A stretch of DNA of 64,000 nt, taken from contig CM060734.1 of the NCBI GenBank assembly GCA_030704615.1, positions 38,626,001 to 38,690,000 of the forward strand, read 5' to 3'. The first letter of the stretch is position 1, and each line of letters opens with the position of its first letter. The stretch is from Takakia lepidozioides. Taxonomy: Eukaryota; Plantae; Bryophyta. The notes under the pieces are model-generated. The model saw only the letters and a list, made by a program, of their open reading frames with translations. It did not search any database and was not told the DNA's origin. Shown here one piece after another: positions 1 through 12,293 of the stretch. The translations under genes were made by a program, and so were the position numbers.

Positions 1-566
1 TCCAAGCTCTTCAATACTCTAGGCTTGGTTTCACATCATCATGGATAGAATTCTCTTCTCTTTGGAGTCATCTTGAGCTTCTTGATGCTCTCCAAGTGGT
101 TGTTTTTGTTGTCTTCAAGCCCTAGCCTATGTAGCTCCTTGGCTTTTCAGCTTCCACAACTGCATGCACCACCTCATACACAAGGAATGAACTTGCTCAC
201 GTCACCTTCTAGCTCTCCTCAAGCTTGAATTGGAAGCCATTCCCTAAACTCGTGCACATCCGAGCCAAATCTCTCCTCGCCTTCCAGATGCGGAACTCTG
301 GACACCAGAGGCCTCCGCACACATGCTGACAGCCCTGGCTATCTTGTTGGGATCCCTCGATCTTCTTACAGCTTGCAACATCAACTCAGACTTATCGGGA
401 CCATTGCCACCAACGCCACCCCGCAAGAACTCCCGATATCTCGTTTGTTGCTGTAGAGCTCGTATTTGATCAACTTCCCGTCGATACCGTAAACCTCTCT
501 TTCAAGGAAGCCACTGGAAGCCTCAAAGTGCATAGTCCCATGACTTGTGTGTGGATTCTTGTTACA
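1..566 (-). mobile_element. Probable LTR fragment (truncated by window start)
   Basis: Ends in ...GTTACA at 566 (TGTAAC on the minus strand, a typical LTR terminus). No credible ORF. No partner LTR in the window. Confidence 0.35.
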
Positions 567-1586
567 AATGACTGTGGGGATTATATTTCTACGCCGTTAG
601 AGTTCGCACCGATACTAACGAGGCCATCCTGTCATCGTCTTCTATGTCCCAAACCGTTAATATGGAAGGTTGAGCCTAAACCCAGATATTTGAAAAGCTG
701 ACATACCGTTAAAGAGTCTTCCAAAAACAGTTGTTAAGCAGTTATGTGCCTATACCGACCCAAGTGAAAAGATGGCGGAGGCGAAAGTATTGGAATCCAA
801 TGTCATCCCAACTTGTTGAGGCACATGGAAGCCGACAATGCAATATTGAGTGCAGGGTTGTAGAAAATTCGGCGGAGAACCAATGATACGTGGCATGTTG
901 TGCCGCATATGAAGAGTTCAAACCGGGAAAAACCAGCAGAAGCTAGCCTAATAACTCATCCATCCAAATCGAATTTATTAACCAAGCAATAGTAGTACTA
1001 ATGGCCATACCTAACTAGTTCAAGACGGCGGCCACTGCCGAAAGGACAAATGTGCATTTGTGAGGTGGACACGTATGCCATGAACACATGCATAACGAGA
1101 TCGAGGCCCCGGCTGGTACTAATCGCACGACGTCTCGCAGCCCAGTAGTTCGTGATATTAAGCTGGAGAGTATCAGGAGACTGAGTTCCCAACAAGAGAG
1201 TGGAAGACGTAGAAGATAGTATTCTTTTTTCACTTCAGCGAGAGACAAGAAGAAGGCGAGAGAGAGAATGAGAGCTCGCAAGCTCACATGACGATGAAGG
1301 AGATAGCAGAGGAGAGCGCGGCCCTGGAAATAGCACATGGCGGAGGAGGACCAGCCGCGCGGAGAAGCTAGTGAATGAGGGGATGAAACAGCAACAGAGG
1401 GCGACCCTGACGACACGGACACAGAGGAGCCCGACACCCTTTTGAGGAAGCGCAGGAAAGGAAGGAGAACCAATATATATATATATATAATATTATTTTC
1501 CACTTGTGGCCCTCCAAAATTGAGTGCGTTGACGCACACAGTTTCAGAGGGCCACAAACGCAGCTGTGGTTCGTCCCCCTTGAGTC

Positions 1587-2420
1587 ATGCTTCTGGTTTT
1601 GGAGGGTAGTTCATGTTTGCTGCCTGTCTGGACACGCTTACTTCCATTGGGCAAATCAAAACCCTTCACAACTGAGTGCGTTGACGCGCTCAATTTCAGA
1701 CGGTCTGGTACCGGATGTTTTGTCTGTCCTTCCATTGAGATTAGCTTCCGGTTTGGGGGGGGGGGGGGGGATTCCTCTTTCGGTGTCTGTATGGACATGC
1801 CCATTGGCAGCCAAGAATGGTGGAATGGTGTCAACAGCTTATATCTGACGAAGGGGGACTGTTCGGGACAAATGGTAATCTTCCACTCCGATAAAGGGTA
1901 GCATTCTTCTCTTGTCTGCTTCATTTTATTTTTCTGTTCACCCATCCACTCAAAGGGGTGAAGTTGCACTGTTCTTTTGCCCTTTTGTATGCATTCGCTC
2001 ATTTGTGCTTCGTATTGTCTTCAGTGCAGACTCGCCTTTTTGAAACCATCTGTCTCGTCAGGGTGCACCCTTCTTCGACTCTTGTTGCAGTGAAGGAGTT
2101 CAGGCTTCATGGGAGAGGTTGTTTCATGAACAATTACATGGATTCGAATGTCTGTTTGAGAACGAATGGAACACCATGGAGAGGGGCCAAGGAGAAGAGT
2201 CCAACTTTTATTCAAACTGTTATTGAGACACGTTCCCATCGGGGGGCGTGCATCGTCGACCTGACTCTTGGAGCAGGTTTGACATCTCTCCTTCTATGGT
2301 CTTTTTTCCCTTAATACACAATTTGTAACATCTTAGTAACACAACTTTGTCTTGCAGGAGCTTCGTACCATGCTTGCAAGGCAGCGGACCGACATTTGTT
2401 GATCTGGTGTGTTGCAAGAA
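1587..2420 (+). pseudogene. Degenerate beta-class N6-adenine/N4-cytosine DNA methyltransferase-like gene (N6_N4_Mtase), intron-containing
   Basis: Removing GT-AG introns 1875-2029 and 2277-2357 keeps the frame: ...GVCMDMPIGSQEWWNGVNSLYLTKGDCSGQM|TRLFETICLVR...NGTPWRGAKEKSPTFIQTVIETRSHRGACIVDLTLGA|GASYHACKAADRHLL. This resembles the HPxxKPxxLxxxLIxxxSxxGDxVLDPFxGSGTTxxAAxxxGR motif X/I region. DMPI may be a degenerate DPPY-type motif IV upstream. Confidence 0.65.
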
Positions 2421-2712
2421 GTATGGTGCTGAAATGGCTCACAATGTGTCGACACTGAAGATGAAAGCGAAAGTGGAGTGTGCTGCACAGTGGAATGTTG
2501 CAGTAACCAGTGGGAGAAAAAAAAAAAAATCAAAGATCTGTCTCATATCTGCTGTGTTGTCTTATTCTACGCTGCTTTCATTAGTCTACCTTTCCCCAAA
2601 TGACAGACATCATGGATTAAATCTTATCATGTGCTTCATGAGGGATTTCCTCCAATTTGTGATGTTTGTGCAAACGACATTGATTGTTGTGCTTGGTTCA
2701 GATAAATGTTAG

Positions 2713-2885
2713 AATGACATCCTCATTCAACATTCATCCACTCTCATATATCCACATTCATCCACAACTTTTCATCCATATTCATCCATATTCGGAGCGT
2801 GCTGACTCTCCTTCATCCTCATTAATTCATCCACAACCATTCTTCTATATTCGATCTCTGCAAACACAATCATTCAGCAACATTC
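2713..2885 (+). repeat. Degenerate short tandem (ATTCATCCA-like) array
   Basis: Repeated cattcatcca/ttcatcca units visible in the sequence. Confidence 0.6.
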
Positions 2886-3131
2886 AGTATAAGCTCTCTT
2901 CTGCACTTCGCCTCGTCGCCCACATATGGTTCCCTATGTGCCGAATGCGCAAGTCCGCAGCTGTAGGCACCCTTCTGCCTATTCGGTCCACGGTTATAGG
3001 TCCATGCCTATGGAAATGACGTGGTGTCAACCACGCTGGCAAGGTCTGCTGACGTGGCGTCAGACCCGTGAGCCAACGTGACAATAACTGCTGACGTGGT
3101 GTGAGCCTGGCTGTGCTCACGCTCACGCGGA

Positions 3132-3569
3132 GGCATCCCCCGTTCGCCCACCAATCGTGACAAGTGCAAGTCCTCCATATCCAAAGGCAAGGTCCGCACT
3201 CCGGCTCCGACCTTCACTGGTTTGTTCCAGCCTTACGGGCAAACAGAGGCAAAGAACCACAAATTCTGGTTCTGCCCTGACAACCGTGGTAGGTGCATGC
3301 GTGGGACTGTGTGACCATCGGTGGTCATGAAGCCTCCTCCACCAAGCATTTGGCCTATGAAGATGGAGACACATCTCACAACTCAGGAGATTGCCATGTT
3401 GGAGGAGGCAGGCTTCTCCCTTCAGCGAGCCCCCTCTATACATGCAAGTGCTTCTACTTCAGCAAGTTCTCGAGTGCCACCACCCAACGCTGATGCATGG
3501 CCAACAAAACGAAATGGGAAGCTGGTTCGTCGTTTCCCTCTGACTGCCGAACACTTCGGCAATAGATAA
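3132..3569 (+). pseudogene. Degenerate ORF of an unidentified, probably transposon-borne Cys/Trp-containing protein
   Basis: One frame with a single TGA (3312-3314): DKCKSSISKGKVRTPAPTFTGLFQPYGQTEAKNHKFWFCPDNRGRCMRGTV*PSVVMKPPPPSIWPMKMETHLTTQEIAMLEEAGFSLQ...NADAWPTKRNGKLVRR. Cut at 3570 by an LTR fragment. Confidence 0.45.
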
Positions 3570-3715
3570 CACTTAGGATAGAAGTTGCTGTTATAATACA
3601 ACAAGGTGGCTAATCCTAAACATAAGTTCATCCAGGGTGTCATCATCCTATTTCTACCTACCTTTTGTCCATCATTTAAAAGGAACAAAGTAAGGGGGGA
3701 AATCCTAGCCCCACA
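3570..3715 (-). mobile_element. Partial LTR of the same Gypsy family as 8677-9169
   Basis: Ends tgtccatcatttaaaaggaacaaagtaagggggaaatcctagccccaca, matching tgtccatcctttaagaggaataaagtaaggggggaatccagccccaca ending at 9169. Confidence 0.65.
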
Positions 3716-5059
3716 TATGTGAAGTCAGCCGGCCCTGCCAGAAAAGTGAGCTCCCGCGAGCTTGAAGTTTGAAAATTCAACGGTCACTAAAAGAAACTAT
3801 GAAAAAACTAAAGTATTTGATACACAAGGGATGAAAAAACCACATAGGGAAAAGCTTGCTCTTCAAAGTGAGCAAAGGAAAAAAACCCTAGGTGGAAAAA
3901 CCCCAAGTGCTTACATGGTGATGCTAGCACCTAGCACGATGCTTCAAGGTCGTGTTACAGGCACTACGGAAGTTCCACATCCCGGTATGGACGAATCTAC
4001 ACTATGATGACCTCCACATCCGCTATGCATGACCGATTGTACGACATCACAGTTTCAAATTTCCCCAACTGCACCTGTCCTGATTTTGTTGGCATGCTTA
4101 CAACAAGTTTGGGAAAGACAGGAAAATTTATACCCTGCAAGCATCTGTAATTTATCTTCTTGAACAAAATGGTTTGTGATCCCAGACGCGACATCTTTAT
4201 TCACCAGGCCACCATGAGTTTCAACGAGGTGAATAAGAGCACATAACATCCTCTTCACTTTGGTCATCTGCAATTTCCATTACTGGATTTCACAAGAATT
4301 GAAACTTGAACTTGATGTCCATTCGTATATTTGGTGCCAATGTAGCCTCCAATTATATTGTGCAATGTGTGCCATTTCTTTCTTGTGTGTAGTCATTCGA
4401 AAATAAATGGAATGGATGCGAATGCTTTCACAAGTCGTTTTTGCATTTTAATTTTTGGTGTTTGGATGAATGAATGCCACGGCTATGGGCTATAGGCCCC
4501 TCGGCTATAGGTGCTATATGTTTCTGATGACATGGCATCTGGCAAGTTGTCCAAATGCCACGTCATTTAGACGACTGCCACGTCAGCAGGATAAAGACAT
4601 GTCAGCATGCCCTCACCACGTTAGCCTCACGTTCATGCCACGTCAGCGTGACCCCACGCTCAAGCCACATCAGCTGGTGCGAGCCTGCACTCACGGCATG
4701 TCACCATCGCGTGAGCGTACGCTCTCATGCTCATGCTCACGCACACGCGGAAGTCGCGTCCGGGGCGAACGCACACAAACGAAATTTCCTTTATCCCACA
4801 TTCATCCTGCAGGTATTTTCAAATGCTGAAAACTTCATGGCACCATTTTTTGCACCACAGTTCTACTGAAGGAGTGCAGGACCCGGGTGTACTCTGAGGA
4901 GGGCTTCTTTTAAGGAAGGTGTTATCCGGGGAAAGTATAACAGGGAGTTGACATTTTTTTGACGCTGGTGGGTAGTCTCCTCTTTAGGGAGGAGACAATA
5001 AAATTTTCAAGGGCACTGTCCCTGTTCATTACAAAAAAGAAAAAGAAAAAGATCATGTT

Positions 5060-5250
5060 ATATTGATAACTGTTGTACGGGACTCAGTGGTGTTCCACTT
5101 GGATAATGACATATTGATAACCGGGATTTTATTTTATTTTATTTTCTGGGACCCTTCTATTGATAACCGCCACAGTTTCCAAACCCCATAGCAAAGATGC
5201 CTTATCCGGACCTTTCAATATGCCCAAATTCTCATACCCGCCCAACACTG
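5060..5250. mobile_element. Right end of a CAGTGTTG-family hAT MITE (left end not found)
   Basis: Ends CCCGCCCAACACTG at 5250, with repeated ATTGATAACC motifs just inside. Confidence 0.55.
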
Positions 5251-5656
5251 GTTTATTCCCCTTCCTCTACCGGGATTGCTTGAAACAAGGGATGTCAGCC
5301 AGCGAAGCTTGCCTCCCGAGATGATGAAATCTTCTTTAGAGGACCTAAATAATCTTAGTCATCCAACACATTCACAAAACCATTCATTCACACTCTCAAG
5401 TACATCAAAATTATGTCATTGTTGAGATCCAAAATCACCACCGCCCATGGCTCAAGGGCCTTGCTTAAATAGAAGTGCCAAAGGCTAATCAACAAGTAAA
5501 AGACCATGTGTCATCAGACTAGAGGCTGCTCAGATTACAAGTGATGTGCGAAAGAAATAAAGGTCCTCTAAAGAAGATTTCGTTGTCTCAGCAGGCAAGC
5601 TCTGTTGGTTGACATCCCTTGCTTCAAGCAATCCCGGTAGAGGAATGAGAATAAAC
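5251..5656. repeat. Inverted repeat with ~96-bp arms (5251-5346 / 5561-5656) around an LTR-derived spacer
   Basis: The reverse complement of 5561-5656 aligns with 5251-5346 with scattered substitutions. Spacer 5357-5549 matches 8906-9089. Confidence 0.85.
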
Positions 5657-8600
5657 CCCCTACACCGGAATCTTGATGGAGATGCGGGGTAACTAATTTC
5701 GTTAGCAGGGAATGTATGTTGTATGTTGTATCTGGTAGGCGGTAGAGTGTGTGTGGCAGGAGCAAATGAATTAGAAAGAGTGAGGGTATCGAAATGGCGG
5801 CTACCATTGTGCCTTCATTGTGCACAATAATGAGAGAGAAGAGTGCTTGTCTACCTTGGCTGCCCTGCGTCCTGAGAACAAAGCTAACGTCAACCATGGC
5901 CTCCAACTTTGCTTTTGAGTTGTTTGAATCCCTGCTTCTAACCAAGTTCAAAATTTTGAGTCTGCATATATTCATGAGCTTACCCGAAAGTTGCGCCTCG
6001 AGCAATGTATATTTGTGGACTACCCAGAAGGTGAACCAATTCCCCACCCTGAATTGGAGCTAGAGACGCCCTCTGAGTTTTGGGTGAAAAACTTCGAGGA
6101 GACCATTGCGAGAGAGGTCGCCAAGGTCATGACTACCAAGACACAACGAAGGGAGCAATGCCGCAAGATCTGCGAAGTGTTACAAGGGGCCTGGGCTGGA
6201 CATTTGCTACAAACTCTACATGCCAAGGAGATTGTGCTTAAGCTTCTTTTCAGCGAGGCCAAGGAACGATTGCGAGGGGGGCAAACCCTTAGTAGGATTG
6301 AGCTCGGCATCCCTCAGTTTACATTGACATGGAACTAGGCATTGAGCTTGAAAGTTTCTTACCGCCTCTTAAGCCCAGTCCATCAAGGTTATGGGAATTT
6401 GTTAAAGGGGGTACTGCAGTGTTGTTTGCAAACCTTTGGTTGTCGATTCCTCGTGCTCCCACCTGAGATCCTACCTAGGAAGAGGTAGCAGCTGGGATAA
6501 TTGCTAACGAGTTTCCTCACTGTGCTAGTGATGTGGTGGTGTTTCCAGGTGTGGACTTCCGCCAAGAGAAGGTGGGGTTGTGCAATCCAACCATAGTCGG
6601 GTGCTATCATGCCCATACTCTGGTGGTTAAGGAGAAGGTTATCCGTGTTATATTTGTGCGTGTCACTTTTTGGTTCAAGACCGAAAGAGGGGTGTGGCAG
6701 TCACTTGGTGAGGGTGTGTACTTGTTTCACAAGCACAAATACATCACCTGACACTATGTGGCTGACTGGGAGACGTATCTCCGTGCCCCATCTAACATGT
6801 AAAAGCCTCTCCTTTTCTTATGTCTGTGTGGACAAGAGCCATGCTAGATGAAGAGGCTGAAGAAATGGTTGGGCTAAGTGAGTTGGAAGCTCGTGCAGCG
6901 GAGGAGAGGGAATGGATAGCTGCTAGTGAGAGAAATAGAACAGAGTGAGGAGAGTTGACCGTAGATGCTAAGCAGAAGGGCCTTGCGGCCATCCCTGAAC
7001 CAGCAGTTGATGTTGACGAATTGTGTGAGGCCATGGGGGTGAATATTTCAAATTGTCTGCCCCCTCATGAAGATGTTGATTAATCAGAATAGTGCCCCAA
7101 GCATTGTTGTCAAGGAAATCCATGAAAATACTGACGAAAGTACTTGACACCAAAGATGACAACAAGTCCTTCTTTGTTAGTGATAGAGTAATTTCTTTCA
7201 TGTTTGTCAAGACGTCGATGAGAGGCATAAGCCACAACATGTCCTTTACCATCCTGAATCTGGCTAAGGACAGTGGACACAACGAGCTCAATGACATCAG
7301 TCTGCAAAATGAAAGCCTTGGTGAAGATAAACCAACACAGTCCAGCAGATGTCAAAGATATCTTGAGTTTTTCAAATTGTTGAGTTCTCACTAGTGCCCC
7401 ATATAAAACAAAAATCCTTAGACAGTAAACGAGTGAGAGGGGCAACAATCTTTGCAAATTGAAAGATGAAACGGTGGTAGTATGAACCTAAGCCAAGAAA
7501 GACCTTAATACACTACTTGTCACGAGGGATAGGATACTCCCAGGCAGCCTTGATTTTGCTGGGGTTAGGTTGAATGCCTGCAGCTGAAGAGCAAGTGGCC
7601 TAAAAAGTGCAAATTCTCCATGCATAAGTCGCATTTCTTGGCTTTGACCTCGAGACCAGCGGCCCTGAGTCTGCACAAAACTCTTTGCAAATCCACCAGG
7701 TGAGCCTCAAAGCTAGATGAGTACACATTGATATCATCAATTATACCAGAGCACACTCCTATCGTAAATTGCCTAAGACAACATCCATTAAGCGCTAGAA
7801 AGTGGCAGTAGCATCGCACAGCCCAAAGGGCATTGTCTCAAATAGATTCCCATTCTACAAGTGAAAACAGTTTTTTTCTTGGCTGCAGTGGTCAAGGGCA
7901 ATTGCCAGAAACCAGCTGCAGTTAAGTCTAGGGAGGAAAAAATGGTGGCTCCATTCAACTGATCCAGGGTATCATTGATCCGAGGCATACTAGGGTAAAT
8001 GTCTCGTTTAGTGATAGCATTCAAGTGACGAAAGTCAACACAAAAACGAGTAGTCTAGAGGGAGTAATGACATCAACATCAAGCATGCGAGTAATCTCTC
8101 TTCGATCACAGCTCCCTCTCACGAATGCTCTCGTGGTAGGCATATTGTTTAATGGCCCAGGGCATATCTTCAGTAATGATGTCATGCTACAAAATGTCAG
8201 TTCTGCCCAAGTCATGGGGTCCGTGACTAAACACATCAAGATCAATGGCCTTTAAACAGCGCATGCAGCTGAGCTTTTTGTGGATTAGTGAGATGATCTC
8301 CCACCTTCACATCATAAAGGGTCTGCTGAAAATGAGCCTCATGAGTAGCTGTAAGGGGTTGGGAAGCAGTAGATCCCACATGGGCGGCAAAGACTTGGAG
8401 TTGATCAGCAAGAGAATCCACCATACTAATGTCCTGCAGGGTCAAGGCACTTTGAACCGAGGCAATGTTATCGATGAAGAGGGAAGTGAGTCTGGCAAGG
8501 ACCTGACCTTTGCGGATACGCATAGGAATGCGCTTAGGGTTGATCACCAGAAGACGAACCTCCCTTTTGAAGCCCCTGTCAATAACTCCTGAGGCCACCA

Positions 8601-9169
8601 GACAGTACTTTGGTAAGGTGAGCTTCTTCCATCCCTCAACCTCTATGTAATTCCCGTTATGACACGCAAAACTAGATGTCGCATGGATGGCCCTTATCTG
8701 ATAGCTCTAATATCTTTCCTGGTCGTCAATATCAATTGTTAGCTCAACATTCTTCCACTGCTGACATTGCAGGCACTGTTCATGTTTCCCTTCTTGTCCC
8801 TTGCACTCTAACCTTTGATCTAACGTGCTTGAATGTTGAGGATAGACAGGCGATTCTTACTCCTACGCGAGCTGCTTGAAATCAGCAGATGGCAGCTTCT
8901 TTTCAATCATCCAACACACTCACAAATCATTCATCCACACTCTCAAGTACATCAAAATTATGTCATTGTTGAGATCCAAAATCACCACCGCCCATGGTTC
9001 AAGGGCCTTGCTTAAATAGAAGTGCCAAAGGCCAATCAGCAAGACCATGTGTCATCAGACCAGAGGCTGCTTAGATTACAAGCGATGTGCTTCACACTTA
9101 GACAACACTTATGATAGAATTGTCCATCCTTTAAGAGGAATAAAGTAAGGGGGGGAATCCAGCCCCACA
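5357..9169 (-). mobile_element. Degenerate Ty3/Gypsy LTR retrotransposon (LTR ~8677-9169; dUTPase-like segment, RT and RNase H remnants; partial second LTR 5357-5549)
   Basis: RT pieces NAITKRDIYPSMPRINDTLDQLNGATIFSSLDL..GFWQL (7788-8024) and IIDDINVYSSSFEAHLVDLQRVL..KKC..HFLGH (7565-7750). RNase H VLSQ...VVAYAS..RLDKHERNYSITNKEGLVVIFGVKYFRQY (7110-7290). LTR is TG...CA. Many frameshifts. Confidence 0.85.
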
Positions 9170-9636
9170 AGGTTCCAGCATGTAACAAACAAGCGGCTAA
9201 TTGTGTAATGGCTCCACCCTAATCACAAAACTGAAATGCTAATACTGGCGGTCTTGATTTTCTTGAAATCAAAATAATAAATATTTAAAACATGAAATTG
9301 GAACCTTCAACACTGACAGGGATTAATATAATAATTATCAAATAAATGTGAAATTTAGAATCAAAATATAAGTTCTATGTCTTCACCTCGATAGAAAATA
9401 ATAAGTGTTCACTGTTCCCTTCTGCATTTCAAGTTTTTCCTTTCCATTTTCCCACTCTGTATACAACTCTAGTTCTCCCTTGATACCTCTGCTGCTCTGC
9501 AGCTGTATGCTCACATGGTCTCTATCCTGTCTTGTTCTCATAATGACTGTCTGTCCTGGCTTTGTTTGTATCCTCATCCTGCTAAATATCTATTGTGTGC
9601 AGATTCGATCCTTTCTCGCTGTCCTCACTGAGCCTG

Positions 9637-9722
9637 AATATGAATATAATAGAACTGAAGGGATAAATCTGAAGGGAACTAAATATGATAGAACCGAAGG
9701 GATAAATTTGAAAGGAACTGAA
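9637..9722 (+). repeat. 39-bp tandem duplication
   Basis: aatataatagaactgaagggataaatctgaagggaact followed by aatatgatagaaccgaagggataaatttgaaaggaact. Confidence 0.8.
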
Positions 9723-12293
9723 AATTACAGCACTCACCAAGTTATGAATGAATGGATAACAATAGAAAGGTGAGAATCTAGAGTATATTGAAAATGGCTA
9801 TTTATTGGGGAAGGTAGGATCTTGATAGGTAGGTATTAACTGGGGAAGGTACATAAGGAAAAAACAATGGATGCATGGTCTCAGGAGCCAATAAACGCCA
9901 CTATGTCAAACCTCATCTTACAAAAGCAAATATATTTAATCCAAAAACAAAATGGATGAGAATAATCTAGAAACATTGGTCCCCTGGGCCTGACAAGCCG
10001 GAAAAACCATTGCCTAGTCTTTGCATGAGGGCAAGACCAATAAACATCAATATAGAGATTGACTTTTGTCAAAACCAAACATAAAGAAGGGCTATTGTTT
10101 TCTGCTTGGAAGTGGACAGCTACAACCAAGGCAGAGTTGGACAAACCCGCTCCCCCCAAGGATCGGAAAGTCTGCACCAGCATTTAGACCTTGTATGGTT
10201 GACCTTGCATTTCCCTTCTATAGCTGGGTTGGTGAACAAACATATAATATAATATTCATATAAATAAATGAACAATTTCATAATTGTGCATAGTTTTTTT
10301 TTTAAATTTTTTTTAAAGGAAACCTGGGAGCGCATAGTTGTGAAATGCATTTTTAAAGAAAAAATGTTAGTACTGTATTATAACTACAAAACTAGTCTTG
10401 TTGCCTTTGTAATAGTTGTTAATCTCTTTTTTCTTTTATTGGCTTGTTTTTCGAATAAAGAGGAGACAACCCATCCCGGTCAAAAATGGCAAAGCACCTC
10501 GTGTGGCCTTCTCCATGTGTCACCTCCTCTCCATCGATGAGAACTAGTACTTCTATCATGTGCCTTCTTTGGGTAACACCTCCCTCAGGGTAACAACTTT
10601 GTTACTGAATAACTTATGAAAAATAAATGGCTGAATGTAAGTTCATTAGGATGAATGTAGATCCCAATACATTCACAAGGGAAGAAGAAAAGGGTGGAGC
10701 GATACACAATGAGGCGCTTGTATTGTGAATTTATTGGATGGCCGACTCGACTGGTTAGTGCACAAGTCACCTTGTAAGTGGTTGTGGATTCAAAACACAT
10801 AGGTGTATGTCTAGTGCATTTGACAAGATAATCAGTTGTCTATCCCAAGTGAGTCCATGGGCTCAACGGCATAACATGAAAAGGGAAAAATATCATGGTC
10901 CTGTTGCTCTCTTCCTTCTTTCTTCCCCTTTGTGCTCTATAAAGGTATATGACACCAACCGAACATAAGAGGCTCTTCCCCTTGCATGTAATGGCCTTTT
11001 TTAGGGGTAGGCTAATAGGACAAACCCACATCACAACCAGTTGTATTTGCGACAGCTGTAAGGGATTGTAAAATGCAAGGAACGAAGGAGTTCAGTGATT
11101 GCGTTGTTGCAGGGTAGTTTATGCTCCGTAATATTATACAAGACTATGCTGTAGCACTAGCCCATCCCCAGGACAGTAGCTGCTAGGTGAATTGGCTCTT
11201 AGTTATGCCGGGCTCCAGCCAGCGTCATCTCTCTAGCACTAAGTTAGTCATTAGAAAAACCGCAAGACACCAACCTTATCACATTTTCTATTGTATACTA
11301 ATAGACTATAAATTAGTAGCTAGAATGCAGGAGATGATTTAATATGATTTAAAGGGCCTCCCTCCCCTTTTGGTTGAAAAAGAATAAAAAATGTGATAGC
11401 TCGTCTGTTGATACATCATCGGGATTAAAACAATCACTTGATCATTAGTATCAATGTAGAAGATATTTTGCTTGAATTTGGTTGCGGATGGAATGGATGG
11501 ATAAGCCCAAGGAAAGATACGAAGGGTCTGGTTAAAAAAGTTGCGAAAATACAAGTGGGCCTTGGAAGGTCCATCAGCCATTACGACATGTAACCGAGAT
11601 GTATGAAACACATGGATGAAATATGGATGAATGATCCCCGTAGCACTTGCCGTACCAGCATTGCGGAAGTTTCGCCACATATCCGATCTGCACTATTTTG
11701 GAGCGAATATCGGGTAGTGGCGAATGGTCAAGTGGATGGCGAAAGCGCAACAACTGGCTGGCGAAACTCCAGCACGGCGGTTGCGGGCACCGCAACAACG
11801 GCCATGGGAGCTGCAGCGAAGGTCACACTCCCCTCGTCTGCGTCTTCGTCTTCGTCTGTGCCTTCCTTCCTTGCGCTTCCCCACCTCATGCTTATAAGTT
11901 CGGGTGCCCTTGCATTGTTCTCAAGGATACTTGTGTCTCTATTTCTGGAGTCTTTGGGTGTATACGCCTCTGTAGTCCGGGGGAGTTTGGTTTCTTGTCA
12001 AGAAGGGAAGCCTGTCTGCCGGGGATCGATGCTTCTCGGCCCTTTTTCAGTCGGTGGAAAGGTTGATGACTACTTCTTGTGAGAAATTGATGAAAACGTG
12101 CATGGTGGATGAAGCATGGCAGATTTTATCTGATCGCGTACAATTGAGCTCGTGCGGTTCAGGAGTTCCTCAAGCTTGCAAAACATCCGTGGAGGAGTGC
12201 CCGCTGCCTGTGGAAATGAGATAATTTCAAGCACTCTCTTTTCAGCATTTGCTTGTCGGCCTAGCCACGTAGAGGGGTTTTGCTTCGACGGTG

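Noticed and set aside
1587-2420. Bacterial contamination as the source of the MTase-like sequence
   Set aside because: It has two frame-preserving spliceosomal introns and is contiguous with plant TEs and genes.
11603-12082. 159-aa ORF upstream of the EF-hand gene
   Set aside because: No recognisable domain. Composition fits promoter, 5'UTR or leader intron.
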